A stretch of 64,000 bases of DNA, taken from IMG/VR virus record IMGVR_UViG_3300029319_000003, positions 64,001 through 128,000 of that record; one strand, given 5' to 3'. Every line of letters starts with the position of its first letter. The stretch's first letter is position 1. Positions 53,501-59,995 of this stretch are shown one piece after another. The translations under genes and the position numbers were made by a program. The notes beneath the pieces were generated by a model. It made no database searches and was not told the origin of the DNA. It worked only from the letters and a program-made list of their open reading frames with translations. The DNA is from a virus.

Positions 53501-56026
53501 GCCATCAACAAAGTCTGTTAGATCGTTACCGGGCTCTGGATACATACGAACAGCAAAGTTCCACTTGCCGCCGTCATAGACGTTCGGATACACACTAGAC
53601 GTGACACTGACGCCGAGAGCAGGAGAGTAAATTTCGAAATAAACATCACTTCCTTCAGGCTCGGTTTTATGGGCGTAAACAAAAACATTTGCAGATGGAG
53701 AAGAACTCCACTTATACGAATCAGCATTCACGCACTCATGGAAGCCGAAAAGCGACACTCGCTCAAACCCGACCTCGCTGTATTGAGGGTGGTCCCTATC
53801 CATCTTCTTTGCAAAGATTGCCTCGGCTTCCAATGTGAATGGAACATAATTATGGTTTGGAGCAGTTACAGCAGGAATACAACTTCCTGACTGGTAAACT
53901 GTACCGTCGTAGCGATCAGCATGATTGAAGTCAATGTACTTCTTGCGAACAGTCGAGTAGCGGAATGCGTTTCCTAACTCATATGTCACATTATCCGCAT
54001 AAAGATTAATCTTAATTAACTCTTCGTCCACACCAAAGCAGCGCAAGAGATTGCGGAAAGAACGAACCGTTCCCTTTGTCTTGTAAATGTGGACCATGTT
54101 GTTGTAGATGTTATGATAAATTAAATTCTTAATCTCATACAACTTGCGGTCATAAACTCGCTCTTCATCTTTTCCAAGCAACTCTTCCATCGCGGTTGCT
54201 TCAGTAAATAAGTCGGGAACATCGATACCCACAGATCGAACCAAACGATTTGCAAACGCAAGGGGGTGCTGTGGAGTGAGGCTACCACCCGAGAAAGTTG
54301 GATTTGGATCATCATCGTCTTCGCCGTCGGCAAAGTCTGCATTGAGTTTGTCGATCTCTCCATAGCCAACATTTTTAAGTTTCGTAAGTTCTTCAATTTG
54401 GACGTGCAGGTTGTCAAAGTAACTTGCCATGATCTGCGTTAGATCAAGAAGCGTATGGCGTTCTTTTTCCTCATCCATCTCGGTAATCCAAGAAGGAATC
54501 GAGTTATAAATGCCAGCATTATTGTAATGATCGTATGACGTACCCGACAAAGACATTTCAGCATAAAGTGCTTCAACGCTTGGATGGTAAGCATACATCA
54601 CCGGATCTTTTGATTCTGAGTTTTCTACAATATCAGTTCGCGAGTCGAATGCGGATCCTGTGCTTCGCATCGTCGCTGCATAATTTGTAATAGAGCCGTT
54701 AGAGACTCGACCAGAATAATCCAGAACAACAGAGTCTGTTGAACTATACCCAGAGATACCTTCATTAAACTTATAGTATACGCCGAGGTTTGAATTATAC
54801 TCATCGGAGTCATTACCGCCGGCAATATTCGTGAACCAGTTGCGTCCGATCTGCTGGTGCGTCCTTGCAGATTTCCAGAATCGCACTTCATCAAGTTGTA
54901 CGGGTGCGGCACCAACCCCAGCCATAGTCGCGCCTGCGCCTCGGGATTGTGCATTTGGACCGGTAATAAAAGAACCAATGGTCGCTTGCAAATTCTTTTC
55001 AATATCAAGCGTTCGGTCATACGAAACAGACTGGGTTTGATAAAGTTGCCCATTGACAAAAAACTTAATCGCGTCTTTTGTAAAAGTAAATGCATAGTGA
55101 TTCCAGTCTTCGCTCTTCCATGACGAAACCGAACCCGAAAGACCAGTTGATGTAGTTAGATAATCACCAATACGAGTTGCGGTAGACAACTCCACTCCCT
55201 TAGTGCTCTCACCCCCCGAATAATAACCTGTGGCGAATTTCCAATCGTCTCCCGCTGCTTTATCGCGGCACATTCCAACAGTTAACCTTACAAGGTCTGC
55301 TCCTGCCGTTTCACCGTTCCATAAGTCAAAGAGCCCAATGTAGTGCTGGTTTGTAATAGCATCCAAGTCGCTTTTCTTAAACTTCGCCCAAAACTCAACA
55401 GTGTTTCCTGTTGCACGGAATGACAAGTTTGAAACAAGATCCACTGAGCCTGAATCAAACAAGTTGGCTGCGCCTGTATATCCCTTGATGGCATGAGCAG
55501 AAGTTGAAGGACTCTTTGCGGATTCTCGATCAACAAAGTTTGTGGGATACATCTGCTTCAAAGATGCCGCGTCTGGATCTGTGTTAGGACCACCTTTAGC
55601 AAGAACATACTGAGGCTGGCTGGTTAATACAATATCACCCGTCGCATGAGAGTAGGTGGTGTCTACTGTTAAACTACCAGAGTTAAAGTGAATATAGCCT
55701 GTTTCGCGAGGATACCTATTTTCTAGAATCCACTTATCAAGGCTGGATGCTGAAACATGCCAGAGGGTCTTTTCCGTTTGCGACCCGTCATATGGATACG
55801 TTTCATAAATAAATTTAATTGAGTCTTCGTAGTATTTCTTTGCAGACCCGTAGCGTGCAAAATGTGAAGCGCTGGAGTAGTCCACCCGTGGGGTGTACTG
55901 GGTTGCCTGCTGCACATGAGCATCAATATAATCTTTAGACTCTACATCAACGGACTCAACTTCTTCTTTGTTTTCGTTAACGAGAGATTTATTTGATCCG
56001 ACTCCGAATAAATCTTTAATGCCCAT
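41531..56026 (-). CDS. Giant 4831 aa baseplate wedge (gp7 / P2 gpI-like) protein with LamG-like and repeated beta domains
   Basis: YKTKGTVRSFRNLLRCFG wedge motif (about 54030-54090); LamG-like TVEFWAK..WNHYAFT..FFVNG..LDEVRFW; a second dispersed LamG (TSFWVK..WTHIAVQY..WVNG..MDEFVI); uninterrupted ORF. Confidence 0.8.
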   Translation of the reverse strand: MGIKDLFGVGSNKSLVNENKEEVESVDVESKDYIDAHVQQATQYTPRVDYSSASHFARYGSAKKYYEDSIKFIYETYPYDGSQTEKTLWHVSASSLDKWILENRYPRETGYIHFNSGSLTVDTTYSHATGDIVLTSQPQYVLAKGGPNTDPDAASLKQMYPTNFVDRESAKSPSTSAHAIKGYTGAANLFDSGSVDLVSNLSFRATGNTVEFWAKFKKSDLDAITNQHYIGLFDLWNGETAGADLVRLTVGMCRDKAAGDDWKFATGYYSGGESTKGVELSTATRIGDYLTTSTGLSGSVSSWKSEDWNHYAFTFTKDAIKFFVNGQLYQTQSVSYDRTLDIEKNLQATIGSFITGPNAQSRGAGATMAGVGAAPVQLDEVRFWKSARTHQQIGRNWFTNIAGGNDSDEYNSNLGVYYKFNEGISGYSSTDSVVLDYSGRVSNGSITNYAATMRSTGSAFDSRTDIVENSESKDPVMYAYHPSVEALYAEMSLSGTSYDHYNNAGIYNSIPSWITEMDEEKERHTLLDLTQIMASYFDNLHVQIEELTKLKNVGYGEIDKLNADFADGEDDDDPNPTFSGGSLTPQHPLAFANRLVRSVGIDVPDLFTEATAMEELLGKDEERVYDRKLYEIKNLIYHNIYNNMVHIYKTKGTVRSFRNLLRCFGVDEELIKINLYADNVTYELGNAFRYSTVRKKYIDFNHADRYDGTVYQSGSCIPAVTAPNHNYVPFTLEAEAIFAKKMDRDHPQYSEVGFERVSLFGFHECVNADSYKWSSSPSANVFVYAHKTEPEGSDVYFEIYSPALGVSVTSSVYPNVYDGGKWNFAVRMYPEPGNDLTDFVDGSTLGTTGYIIELYGVNMLLDVVENEFTISAPVTQTPAQAFLHANKRVYMGALYKDSNVKIIDSCDVKMSGVRYWLDYIDNDTIKAHARDASNAGRMNPMKPAYFAQSSLSPSGKGIHVPQKDTLALHWDFSNVTGSSPDDGSGILSDSTFYVYDLTSGSSDYSDYGWISTVVDVDYPGVGDKWYPDSKQVVDTNYVLSAYQQLPENLQSADTVKILTGQSDDLNYTKESEPINHFFAVEKSMYATISEEILNVFATIKDFNNLIGDPVNRYRMDYKMLGKLRQSFFDTIGNTPKVDRYVEFYKWLDASLGYMIQELIPASANFSEGMRTMVEPHVLERNKYWTKYPTLEMKQEPPQATARGVHELGYDWKHGHATLPTAAATAVLVVGSYANNGETITLIDTDGDSVTFEITGGVTTADGTKNASGNVIIGQSGVSSFSDFATRIRAVINAQTDAAITASGTSTSITLTQDLMGVNGNTAIVNNLSGFSIPYGFGNGAGDGEESQNSLWWAEQAARDMRQLSAETQATATISFASYCNDGETLVLTDGSGKSTTFQVTGGVTTADGTKNGLGYIIVGQSGLASLEAFADRWIAVINAQKDVSITASDPGGTGDVLLTQDSGGAHGNTAITHNLSAATISAAFAGGLGSDAVRTTVQSVKIKDIDGYWGNKNPRLYKGRTNTVYQGSTYAIQRLGRPYRFAVQAPQTIHGGTNFPVNKRNSNDFIRGLPAGIQTGSLDFYDELNAEALSTDNLASRFPLDKKPKDDAMTVVDNAVAGHTGAGGQFKSSFQSPWSIYEDVNTGTEYKANIHDDSYGPQKETAMQGPFTHAHVGGNQHRHVDVKLSTEAKASTSFEFHPTNYASANNGTITLISTDGTSVTYKVINTGAGDATASDQEFDAAGSATTTATNFITLVNSSNGHAGKIVATSAGGVVTLTQNVAGAAGNRDVVTAAGFMTNCVKNTMHAASGLAAGAIEPFTIGQRATDRPELWRFTGLGSSIAHPQAFMDAAVAYGVFYPAANRLRDETAKRPVNLRNIKSTTGSVNLGNYARDYEILQTFGRGEQNRWLVKSGSLHEKLVPVTVSPAVSGVFDYTLPVRGRSEHVITSRFSAPGAPDTLGLGSTDLESGELSPYNNLNYRNLDVRNHLKMWQAEHTLIGGGREEWFAGGYPGGMLAETSGAGNWHKVNRNAAHTVDAHGYLSNFNQTLYKPSGSTQYDNWYVQHQIPRSDYQYSWVHNSYKEDLVTGAATVVIVVNSGGKTGGTYTSNMNGKSLTLETPHDTIPAMVEGGGIWSKGANGVEGATSLVAAINNKDTGSRAGHFYTASLFDVDPSGVSASILIKPIWAANHGTGKISDTELDEVTFTDTHSTIKTTKYSVAGSGTARKFDGSQAHLRRGYVTRFDNLSIGMSRTHNYGSPEYNHQLQFPTASDIGVVTSGAGDFASIPIPHGYFFAKQGYGKSHGADKDTVVNPYIPVDFVNLNTIIYEPINTASNTVGYTSSKFDWKTTSTPSTTDVYGNWNYINQQFVTGLPSVDGERAMVAHDGYALGMAASTNALINHRHGPWGWGSWKQVRSGQNPVWRAHRKSNTISVMDRPVIRNFTSSAGREVVFRDSRSDTFVNYIEPSVAWNLPMTHRLNMDGSDLGSRLKHPYSNNLECYANPHLTNRIGKVKCSTDQMYDQLYSLYAGDSVDSQIDFVSLKYSEYIYPKHRHVTLNKVRSRTEYAEVAGTGSNGYDRNSGIIRSFWRDISCSNEVSTSVTGNHFGEQLKDGIRIRSTGSVNAVYGKQATARYNLQWNWMAIKAGWAGMGSNRASYESWEDVVADMASSYNGCFENAQHVNDNASKIQRSNHYRYQFDSIWCMDDFDNGITYAAQVLSEINNTETTDDQQTFPLVYRKEYKGDLAYMGLERMMRMVRPTSSFIEAVSSFSTAKSRLMNGSTQVVWTKPAPRAQLQYIHQCQSDVAEEAGLPWHTPKVSGAIGRYPWYNDYEDYDADIRSATKKYTVVPEFNISSHMSHYVTINGGDFRVDNKDFLELPGGGITGSGKSEAKLTTTYSHDEGTTFETSYTGEPNKAIVNGGFVAAKTNHGIITLARNSYLNDEFLNTVTSSLQTSVDSSPNAALAFNVDDSGEMHTSTYASASALGTTAAADFVAEIHDTNDRLWAHLDSTVDLSTTGGNYFTEYTLGGTGVNTSSDTYSMVTKGFVDAPWGQLTKAAGGPGPTDATTTALGKTARQGTPFFTSFWVKLPENVDDEDMQNRYVGSYGYAGFSGSYSDDEMPNATSVISPMSDEESFGGASSLYEQEGNRHQDKIEGDSYDPVNATIANYWQGMWLRRSSEHCAGGTGKVPEFVGGTEVQTRKQLHWFDTRCNNADVGNYHLTAADGATHDINPQGQVDSFFESLGTLTGDSNQPGEDQKNIVRFWNDPELNNPTVIEPGIWTHIAVQYIPPVAIDKGGAGSNLKYAGTDGDLALENAGNSCIRVWVNGSPVYGMLQRANLGLWDNVGTHNVGTAYYSFKGGSNAAGLSDNNGLDHTKLGVATWNDVDGLAQPHAYDSDSTYLPAVNNKTDDEPHVNTGTEDDVPVSFYESKASGYANISAFPDAATPLRNSSFAKANTTTSPEWTYISDVKIGTSYLTKKPGAGAPFYGQMDEFVIARGMLSSTDVTRVYNHGKPVNVNALFYDAELAANEYGETSGVRAAIKGTTCHPFVITNPHVVNKTEVYKRNSSYESTVSSSGTCTSWNANELIMNAEDEADDWDRYGHTPNLVAWYRMGVPPTSKQVGSSLEFNDKFFDTYAHTDTIVHMDKIAQDHQNLNGASSPRFTLKVNAVKKLLPYNGFYPNQRSVQIGKLFADAMFDNITAADGLETDQIRQACLQPFMAPGILYNTVKAGIAVDWPLFTGTDNLALNPMEALMDEYTKPNFYGEVQRNVVEDTSNNDENRQFLERQTDNSLKDVYDEVFMYQGRKKMQGFKLVRLNTAAKNDTRQAQPMAIRRTDPNPPFSDDSQDGKIWLSQSCGYLIDRTPDMRLPFEALVDLSLLPRKDSSTQWSSARIYMTAPTYYRGDELGYPHLPSYLWNTNTDMKLASGTPWVYPYFEWNGEKDNLYELAMHNFLAETPKFFLKNKGMVTFASQPENRFKSMVSGTVYYMDVNLHKSENFDMMVSPYGSEESGRTAGREELRQDEELAVSVPRSTKGRYFGPPFRYKTNGEVITIDPSEFYDDPDMHRMYEVLTGGGEDSVQDDHAAGMLVTSSALYEGDNDLAKIQDPAQAPYTPPYFYGRATARLSFVATETKKYTLDEILAGVEIEDLNPEAAELFRSVNVNSDGVGDIVSEAKLYVQQGVPRAMPFIRSKYGENGEGLMYAIGDILSAGGTNGNVFNYYKKSPAWQARMPMSSSINMLGKTRLREVTYDVVQTPNRENLSDVTQTEFLPQTAQDSNSSTFDTWVIQPRFECPILDFNNEDNTNFVTKATGSVRNAIPAFGSENEINTSGKAGAGIGMWTGYGEKPTSKDGVFMSLAESYELKDRQSLQDGRRQVTLVIPESGSYYSNNAYLGGAGVDQGYFVIYGKSNNPYYVWFDDGTSNSNDPNPTGMTGIRIRTISTQTTEQVAAQMFTTISGYDDFDATLSSLDIDGPVYDAGNLNAVVIYGPREEVYRAYDYAPLGQYFASSTWFTQELPSDSIAYLSTVQVGSRPVGSLIDVCGFTPGFSRIGEVADEKDISEAIVMIPFVDEPSNYGAKTVTVAGRNFFKISKKLFNLTKTNVEAGKPAIPQGEYGSEEDVWDTSVSDMIKRMKVYNIPPQYDFVRFPLKSGEFPFVMYVFEFNHTFDNKDLSDIWQGLTPKIGTRAERDEAVISHEMNKIEFYEGKNLPPNVRWLTFKVKKRAEQNYYSITADSADDHRFKFDFAVGKKAPEYSYNWPYDFCSLVEKVNVEGVIEFMPPAEDVSVDPTLRRIDDPESALVAAQTSTSVVARTSAPTATVSTSRPGKIFGDDS
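50656..52366 (-). repeat. Three about 100 aa repeated modules in the giant protein (about 52052-52366, 51605-51922, 50656-50960)
   Basis: Copies 1 and 2 share GGVTTADGTKN, I.GQSG, VINAQ and LTQD.G..GNTAI. Copy 3 shares G.ITLI.TDG.SVT and VTLTQ..G..GN. Confidence 0.85.
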
Positions 56027-56030
56027 ACGA

Positions 56031-57767
56031 CTAAACTACCTTAAACTTGAAAACTTCTGGCTGTTCTCGATACTCTCCATTTAAATAGAACATAAATTTA
56101 ATTCCATATGAATATCCAGCCTCTAAAAGCGACATGTCAAAATCAAAATAGTTTCCGTCCTTGTCATAAGATAGTTTAGTGTGGCTAGTACTGCCAGTGC
56201 CGTAATCAAGCACAGTAAATTCGTCACTCAACCTTTCTATCTTATAATAAGCATTTGGAAGTATATTGTTCTCCACAGCCTTGCTTGCTACAGTATAAAT
56301 AGTTGGCGACCAATCTTTTAATCGCGTATATAAGCGGAATCGGGCATCTTCGTTCCGTGTGTATTTTTGTTTTAAATTTGTAAGCGAAATAACATAGTTC
56401 GGGGCTACCGAAGTATCCGGTGCCGAGTGGGTGTTGACACTGATCGATTCTGTGTGGAATGTCGCTCCACCAACCTCATGCCACTTGACATAAGCAGTGG
56501 TAGCGGCATTATCCCAAATCAGGCTCGCTTTATAAATTCCAGTCTCAGGGTTGGTTGCTGTTTGTGCATCAACCTGAGTGCTAAGACCAGAGTCGGAATA
56601 CACTCGGCAAGTCACAGTGGGGTTGCCGGGAATATTGATTAGTGTACCGTCCTGATAGTTGTATAGAAAAAGAGTGTTAGCATTATCACTACGAAGGCTG
56701 CTTGATGCATAGAAATTCGAACGATCATCCGCTTTCGATGAATCCCATCTTGCTTCGATACAGGGGCGCTTAAACCAATACTCAGAACCACGTCCAGAAA
56801 ATTTCTTGGTGTAAAATGACCGTGGCTCTTCTTCGTGACTTTGTGACAGTTTAATCAGGAAGCCATAATCAGCAGCGCCGCCTATCCAATCGGAAACTTT
56901 GGAAGTAACGTCAACAAGTAAGTCTTCTGTGCCTTCTGTAAAAGTAAATGTTCCAATCTTAGAACCACCCACATGACCGCCGGCGGTCGTCCATGCTGTG
57001 TAGTCATTTGATCCTGTCAAAGTGTTTCCTGATTTAATCACCACGCCAGTGTCATCGGAGCCTGACCCGCTGACTGTGATCGTAATGTCATCACCAGAGG
57101 CTGCGGAGGCGGTCAGCGACACAACCTTGCCACTGACGGCGACATTAACAAGACTGGTAATATCACTATTTGCTTCCAGTGCAGAACTCAAAGCAGTTGC
57201 CGTGGCATCGGCGTTCGCTCCAACATTTGCTTGAACAAAGTAACCGCCAACTCCGACATGAATCGTTGCGGGCGTAGATGTATCCGTAGGGTTAGTACTA
57301 ACCGTAATACTACCGCTGGCATATTGAGATGGAGTGCTTGTGCGATTGATCCATGAGGCTGCGCCAATGTCGCCATACTCCTCCATATCAAGACCCGTGC
57401 CCTCTTCCCAAGCCTGACCAAGCGCCCACACATCCATAGTGTAATTTGTTGGCAGCGTGCCTCCATGAGTTACGTTAAAAAGTCGCAAATAATATTTTGC
57501 ATCGGCTGGAACAGTTCCTGCTGATCTATCGCTTACAATAAGCGATGAAGTGAACTGCACAAGAGTTCTTGCATATTCACGTTCAGCCTTAACAGCCTTG
57601 CCGCCGCCGCCAAAATCTGTGACCGTGGATGCTTGATCATAAATTGAAAAGACTTCTAAAGCATCGGAGGCTCCCATGTTGGAGCCCGTGCCGCGAAGCG
57701 TAAGACCGCTCTTATATGCATTTGTAATTGTCGTATCAGCAGTTGCTGCGTATCTTTTAATAGCCAC
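56031..57767 (-). CDS. Virion protein with a DNRLRE/disaggregatase-like domain and a C-terminal Ig-like domain
   Basis: ARTLVQF, YYLRLFN, AWEEGTG, ASWINRT, LVDVTSKVSDWI...DYGFLIK and KRPCIEARWD. Confidence 0.6.
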   Translation of the reverse strand: MAIKRYAATADTTITNAYKSGLTLRGTGSNMGASDALEVFSIYDQASTVTDFGGGGKAVKAEREYARTLVQFTSSLIVSDRSAGTVPADAKYYLRLFNVTHGGTLPTNYTMDVWALGQAWEEGTGLDMEEYGDIGAASWINRTSTPSQYASGSITVSTNPTDTSTPATIHVGVGGYFVQANVGANADATATALSSALEANSDITSLVNVAVSGKVVSLTASAASGDDITITVSGSGSDDTGVVIKSGNTLTGSNDYTAWTTAGGHVGGSKIGTFTFTEGTEDLLVDVTSKVSDWIGGAADYGFLIKLSQSHEEEPRSFYTKKFSGRGSEYWFKRPCIEARWDSSKADDRSNFYASSSLRSDNANTLFLYNYQDGTLINIPGNPTVTCRVYSDSGLSTQVDAQTATNPETGIYKASLIWDNAATTAYVKWHEVGGATFHTESISVNTHSAPDTSVAPNYVISLTNLKQKYTRNEDARFRLYTRLKDWSPTIYTVASKAVENNILPNAYYKIERLSDEFTVLDYGTGSTSHTKLSYDKDGNYFDFDMSLLEAGYSYGIKFMFYLNGEYREQPEVFKFKVV

Positions 57768-59566
57768 TACGTTACCACTCCCTTGAAGTCTACTGATGGG
57801 AATTTAATTTCAAAAACAACATTTTGTGGAATCATAATATAGCGCCCATCAGCAGAGGTCTGATCATTAATATCAAATCTAATATCAGAATATGAGCCAC
57901 CGTACTTCTGAACAATCTTAACATCTGATACATCTACTACAGCATCCAAACGGTTTAATGCGGCAAACACCTCAGTAATAAACAATGGCTCACCGAAGTC
58001 GCGCTTCCTAGAAAAAAGAAGACTAAGTGCTCTTATACATGCAGTTTGCACATCATATTTTGCAACATCTATGCGCCCAACTACTTTGAAATTGACACCA
58101 AAGTTAACGATCTTTCCATCGATAATATCAACGGTATCGTTGACCATCTTGTTTTCATTCAGCCACACTTTTAAATTCTCTTTAATGGTAGCGTTGGTGG
58201 GAATAAGTTGACCAGCGGCACCCTCTGAAATCACATAAATATTTAGATTTCTTTTTAGCGAATCATGATCACGCACCACCTTGCATCTTTTAATTGCACC
58301 AAACTCTGGTGGCATATTATACACCATCGACTCGTAATCCTTTTGAGTGACGGCGCGGTTTTGGGTGGCAAACACATCCTTGATTCTCATTTTAAGTTCT
58401 GTACTAGAGGGCACCGAAACATCTCCAACAATTGGTGCCTCATTGTCAACTTCTAAAGTTTTACGAACGGCTCTGATTTGGTTTTGGTCCAGCGATGCAG
58501 CGTCTCGGAAATAAAATCTAGAGTTAGCAACTCTTGTCAGAGTATTTGTACCTGTGTTAACCATGTCGGCAGAATTCTTTCTATATGTCACGGTCAGCAC
58601 AGTATTTGATGGCGCAATACCAAACTTGTCGCTCTCAATCAACCTCGTTGGATCAAAGGAGGTATCACTAATATAATCCTTGCCGTATCGCTCTAAAACA
58701 ACACTAGCAGGATCAGCAATATAATCTTCTGATACTTTAACATCTGAACTGGCTCCAAAAGTAATAAGTGTCTGCCTTCTTTGTTTTTCAACAATAAATC
58801 GACGTGGCACATGGAACGGCTTAAGCAGTGCAGGGGCGTAATCACGATCCTCGTTGGGGTTAGTGATTGGTCGGTAAATAACGTCCTGAGACAAATAGGG
58901 CACTTCGAAGTATTCGTGACCCTCGTTGTCGATAACAGAAATAATTTCTGCCACATCCATAACTCCAAGATTAATTTGTCTAAACTTTTTATAATCTCTG
59001 ATGGTAATTCTTTTCTGACGAACCTCTCCCGATACCACCGTTCCATACGCCTTGACGGCAAAAGCAGTTGGAGTACCGGTGCCCGAATCGACACGCCCGA
59101 CTCGCACTTCGTTGTTTGGCTGATCAAAGTGTACATCTTCTGTCAAGGTAAAAGTCAAACCGCCACTTGTTCTAAATGTACTGCCCCTTTGAAGCACTGG
59201 CATATATCTCATATCAGGAGCCACGCCTGTGGTCTGAGCGGGAATCAAAATATAAAAGGTGGCTGTCCCGTATGATGATGGGACACCTCGGAACCGGTAG
59301 CCGGCTTGGCGTCCGAGTTTTAAAACATTATTGTATTCAACGGCAGTGTCAAGAAAAGTTTCATTTGCTTGATAGTCAACATAAAACGATAAAACGTCGC
59401 CAACATAAGCAACTGTATCTAGCATCAATGAGCCAAAACTTGCCTCGTTAAAGTCCTTATAGGAATCTGGATAATATCTCTTCGCATATTGAACCAGTTC
59501 GCTCTTGATAGATTCAAAATCCCGTGCGGTATATTTAATTGGGACTGTTTTCTTGTCTGTTGCCAT
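57767..59566 (-). CDS. gp6: Baseplate wedge protein (T4 gp6 / baseplate J-like)
   Basis: YTARDFESIKSELV.YAK.YYP..YKDF.EAS.G.L.LD.VAYVGDVLSFY.D, then RAVT..DY and VKIVQK. Confidence 0.92.
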   Translation of the reverse strand: MATDKKTVPIKYTARDFESIKSELVQYAKRYYPDSYKDFNEASFGSLMLDTVAYVGDVLSFYVDYQANETFLDTAVEYNNVLKLGRQAGYRFRGVPSSYGTATFYILIPAQTTGVAPDMRYMPVLQRGSTFRTSGGLTFTLTEDVHFDQPNNEVRVGRVDSGTGTPTAFAVKAYGTVVSGEVRQKRITIRDYKKFRQINLGVMDVAEIISVIDNEGHEYFEVPYLSQDVIYRPITNPNEDRDYAPALLKPFHVPRRFIVEKQRRQTLITFGASSDVKVSEDYIADPASVVLERYGKDYISDTSFDPTRLIESDKFGIAPSNTVLTVTYRKNSADMVNTGTNTLTRVANSRFYFRDAASLDQNQIRAVRKTLEVDNEAPIVGDVSVPSSTELKMRIKDVFATQNRAVTQKDYESMVYNMPPEFGAIKRCKVVRDHDSLKRNLNIYVISEGAAGQLIPTNATIKENLKVWLNENKMVNDTVDIIDGKIVNFGVNFKVVGRIDVAKYDVQTACIRALSLLFSRKRDFGEPLFITEVFAALNRLDAVVDVSDVKIVQKYGGSYSDIRFDINDQTSADGRYIMIPQNVVFEIKFPSVDFKGVVT

Positions 59567-59586
59567 TAGTGCTCGCCTCCAACCAA

Positions 59587-59594
59587 TAATTAGT
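59587..59594 (-). promoter_or_regulatory. Putative late promoter motif ACTAATTA (gp6 operon)
   Basis: Motif 21 nt upstream of ATG 59566, overlapping the gp25 stop. Confidence 0.55.
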
Positions 59595-59991
59595 CATTCG
59601 AAACAGATACTGCCAAAGTATCCTTATATGATATTGGCGTAATTGTGTATACTATTTTAACCTTTAAAAAGTTTGGAGCCAGACCAGCATCATATCCTTC
59701 TGTTTCAGAACTTTCAAATCCAATATCATGTAGTTCGACAAATGGCATGTATTTCTTCATTTGCCTTTTAATCGTCGCAGCAATTGTCCCGTATGTTGAT
59801 TGAATATTTGGCTCAAATAGAAACCGTCGCATACCCACACCGAATAGCGGATCCATGATCCGTTCGCCGGGATTCGTAAGAAGAATCATTTTCATGTTTT
59901 GCAAAACCATTTCAGGATATGTCTTGTTTAAAGCATGTCCATCTTGCTCATCTGTTGTGAACGGTAGTTTTGGGGATAGTCCTTTTGCCAT
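59590..59991 (-). CDS. gp25: Baseplate wedge subunit (gp25-like)
   Basis: QNMKMILLTNPGERIMDPLFGVGMRRFLFE. The start is placed at ATG 59991 (SD GGAG). Confidence 0.9.
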   Translation of the reverse strand: MAKGLSPKLPFTTDEQDGHALNKTYPEMVLQNMKMILLTNPGERIMDPLFGVGMRRFLFEPNIQSTYGTIAATIKRQMKKYMPFVELHDIGFESSETEGYDAGLAPNFLKVKIVYTITPISYKDTLAVSVSND

Positions 59992-59995
59992 ATCA

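Noticed and set aside
36785-57767. Repeated TAATG/ATGA stop-start overlaps (41531, 40428, 57767; also 19247 and 24839)
   Set aside because: This is ordinary translational coupling in phage operons; I used it only to refine start sites.
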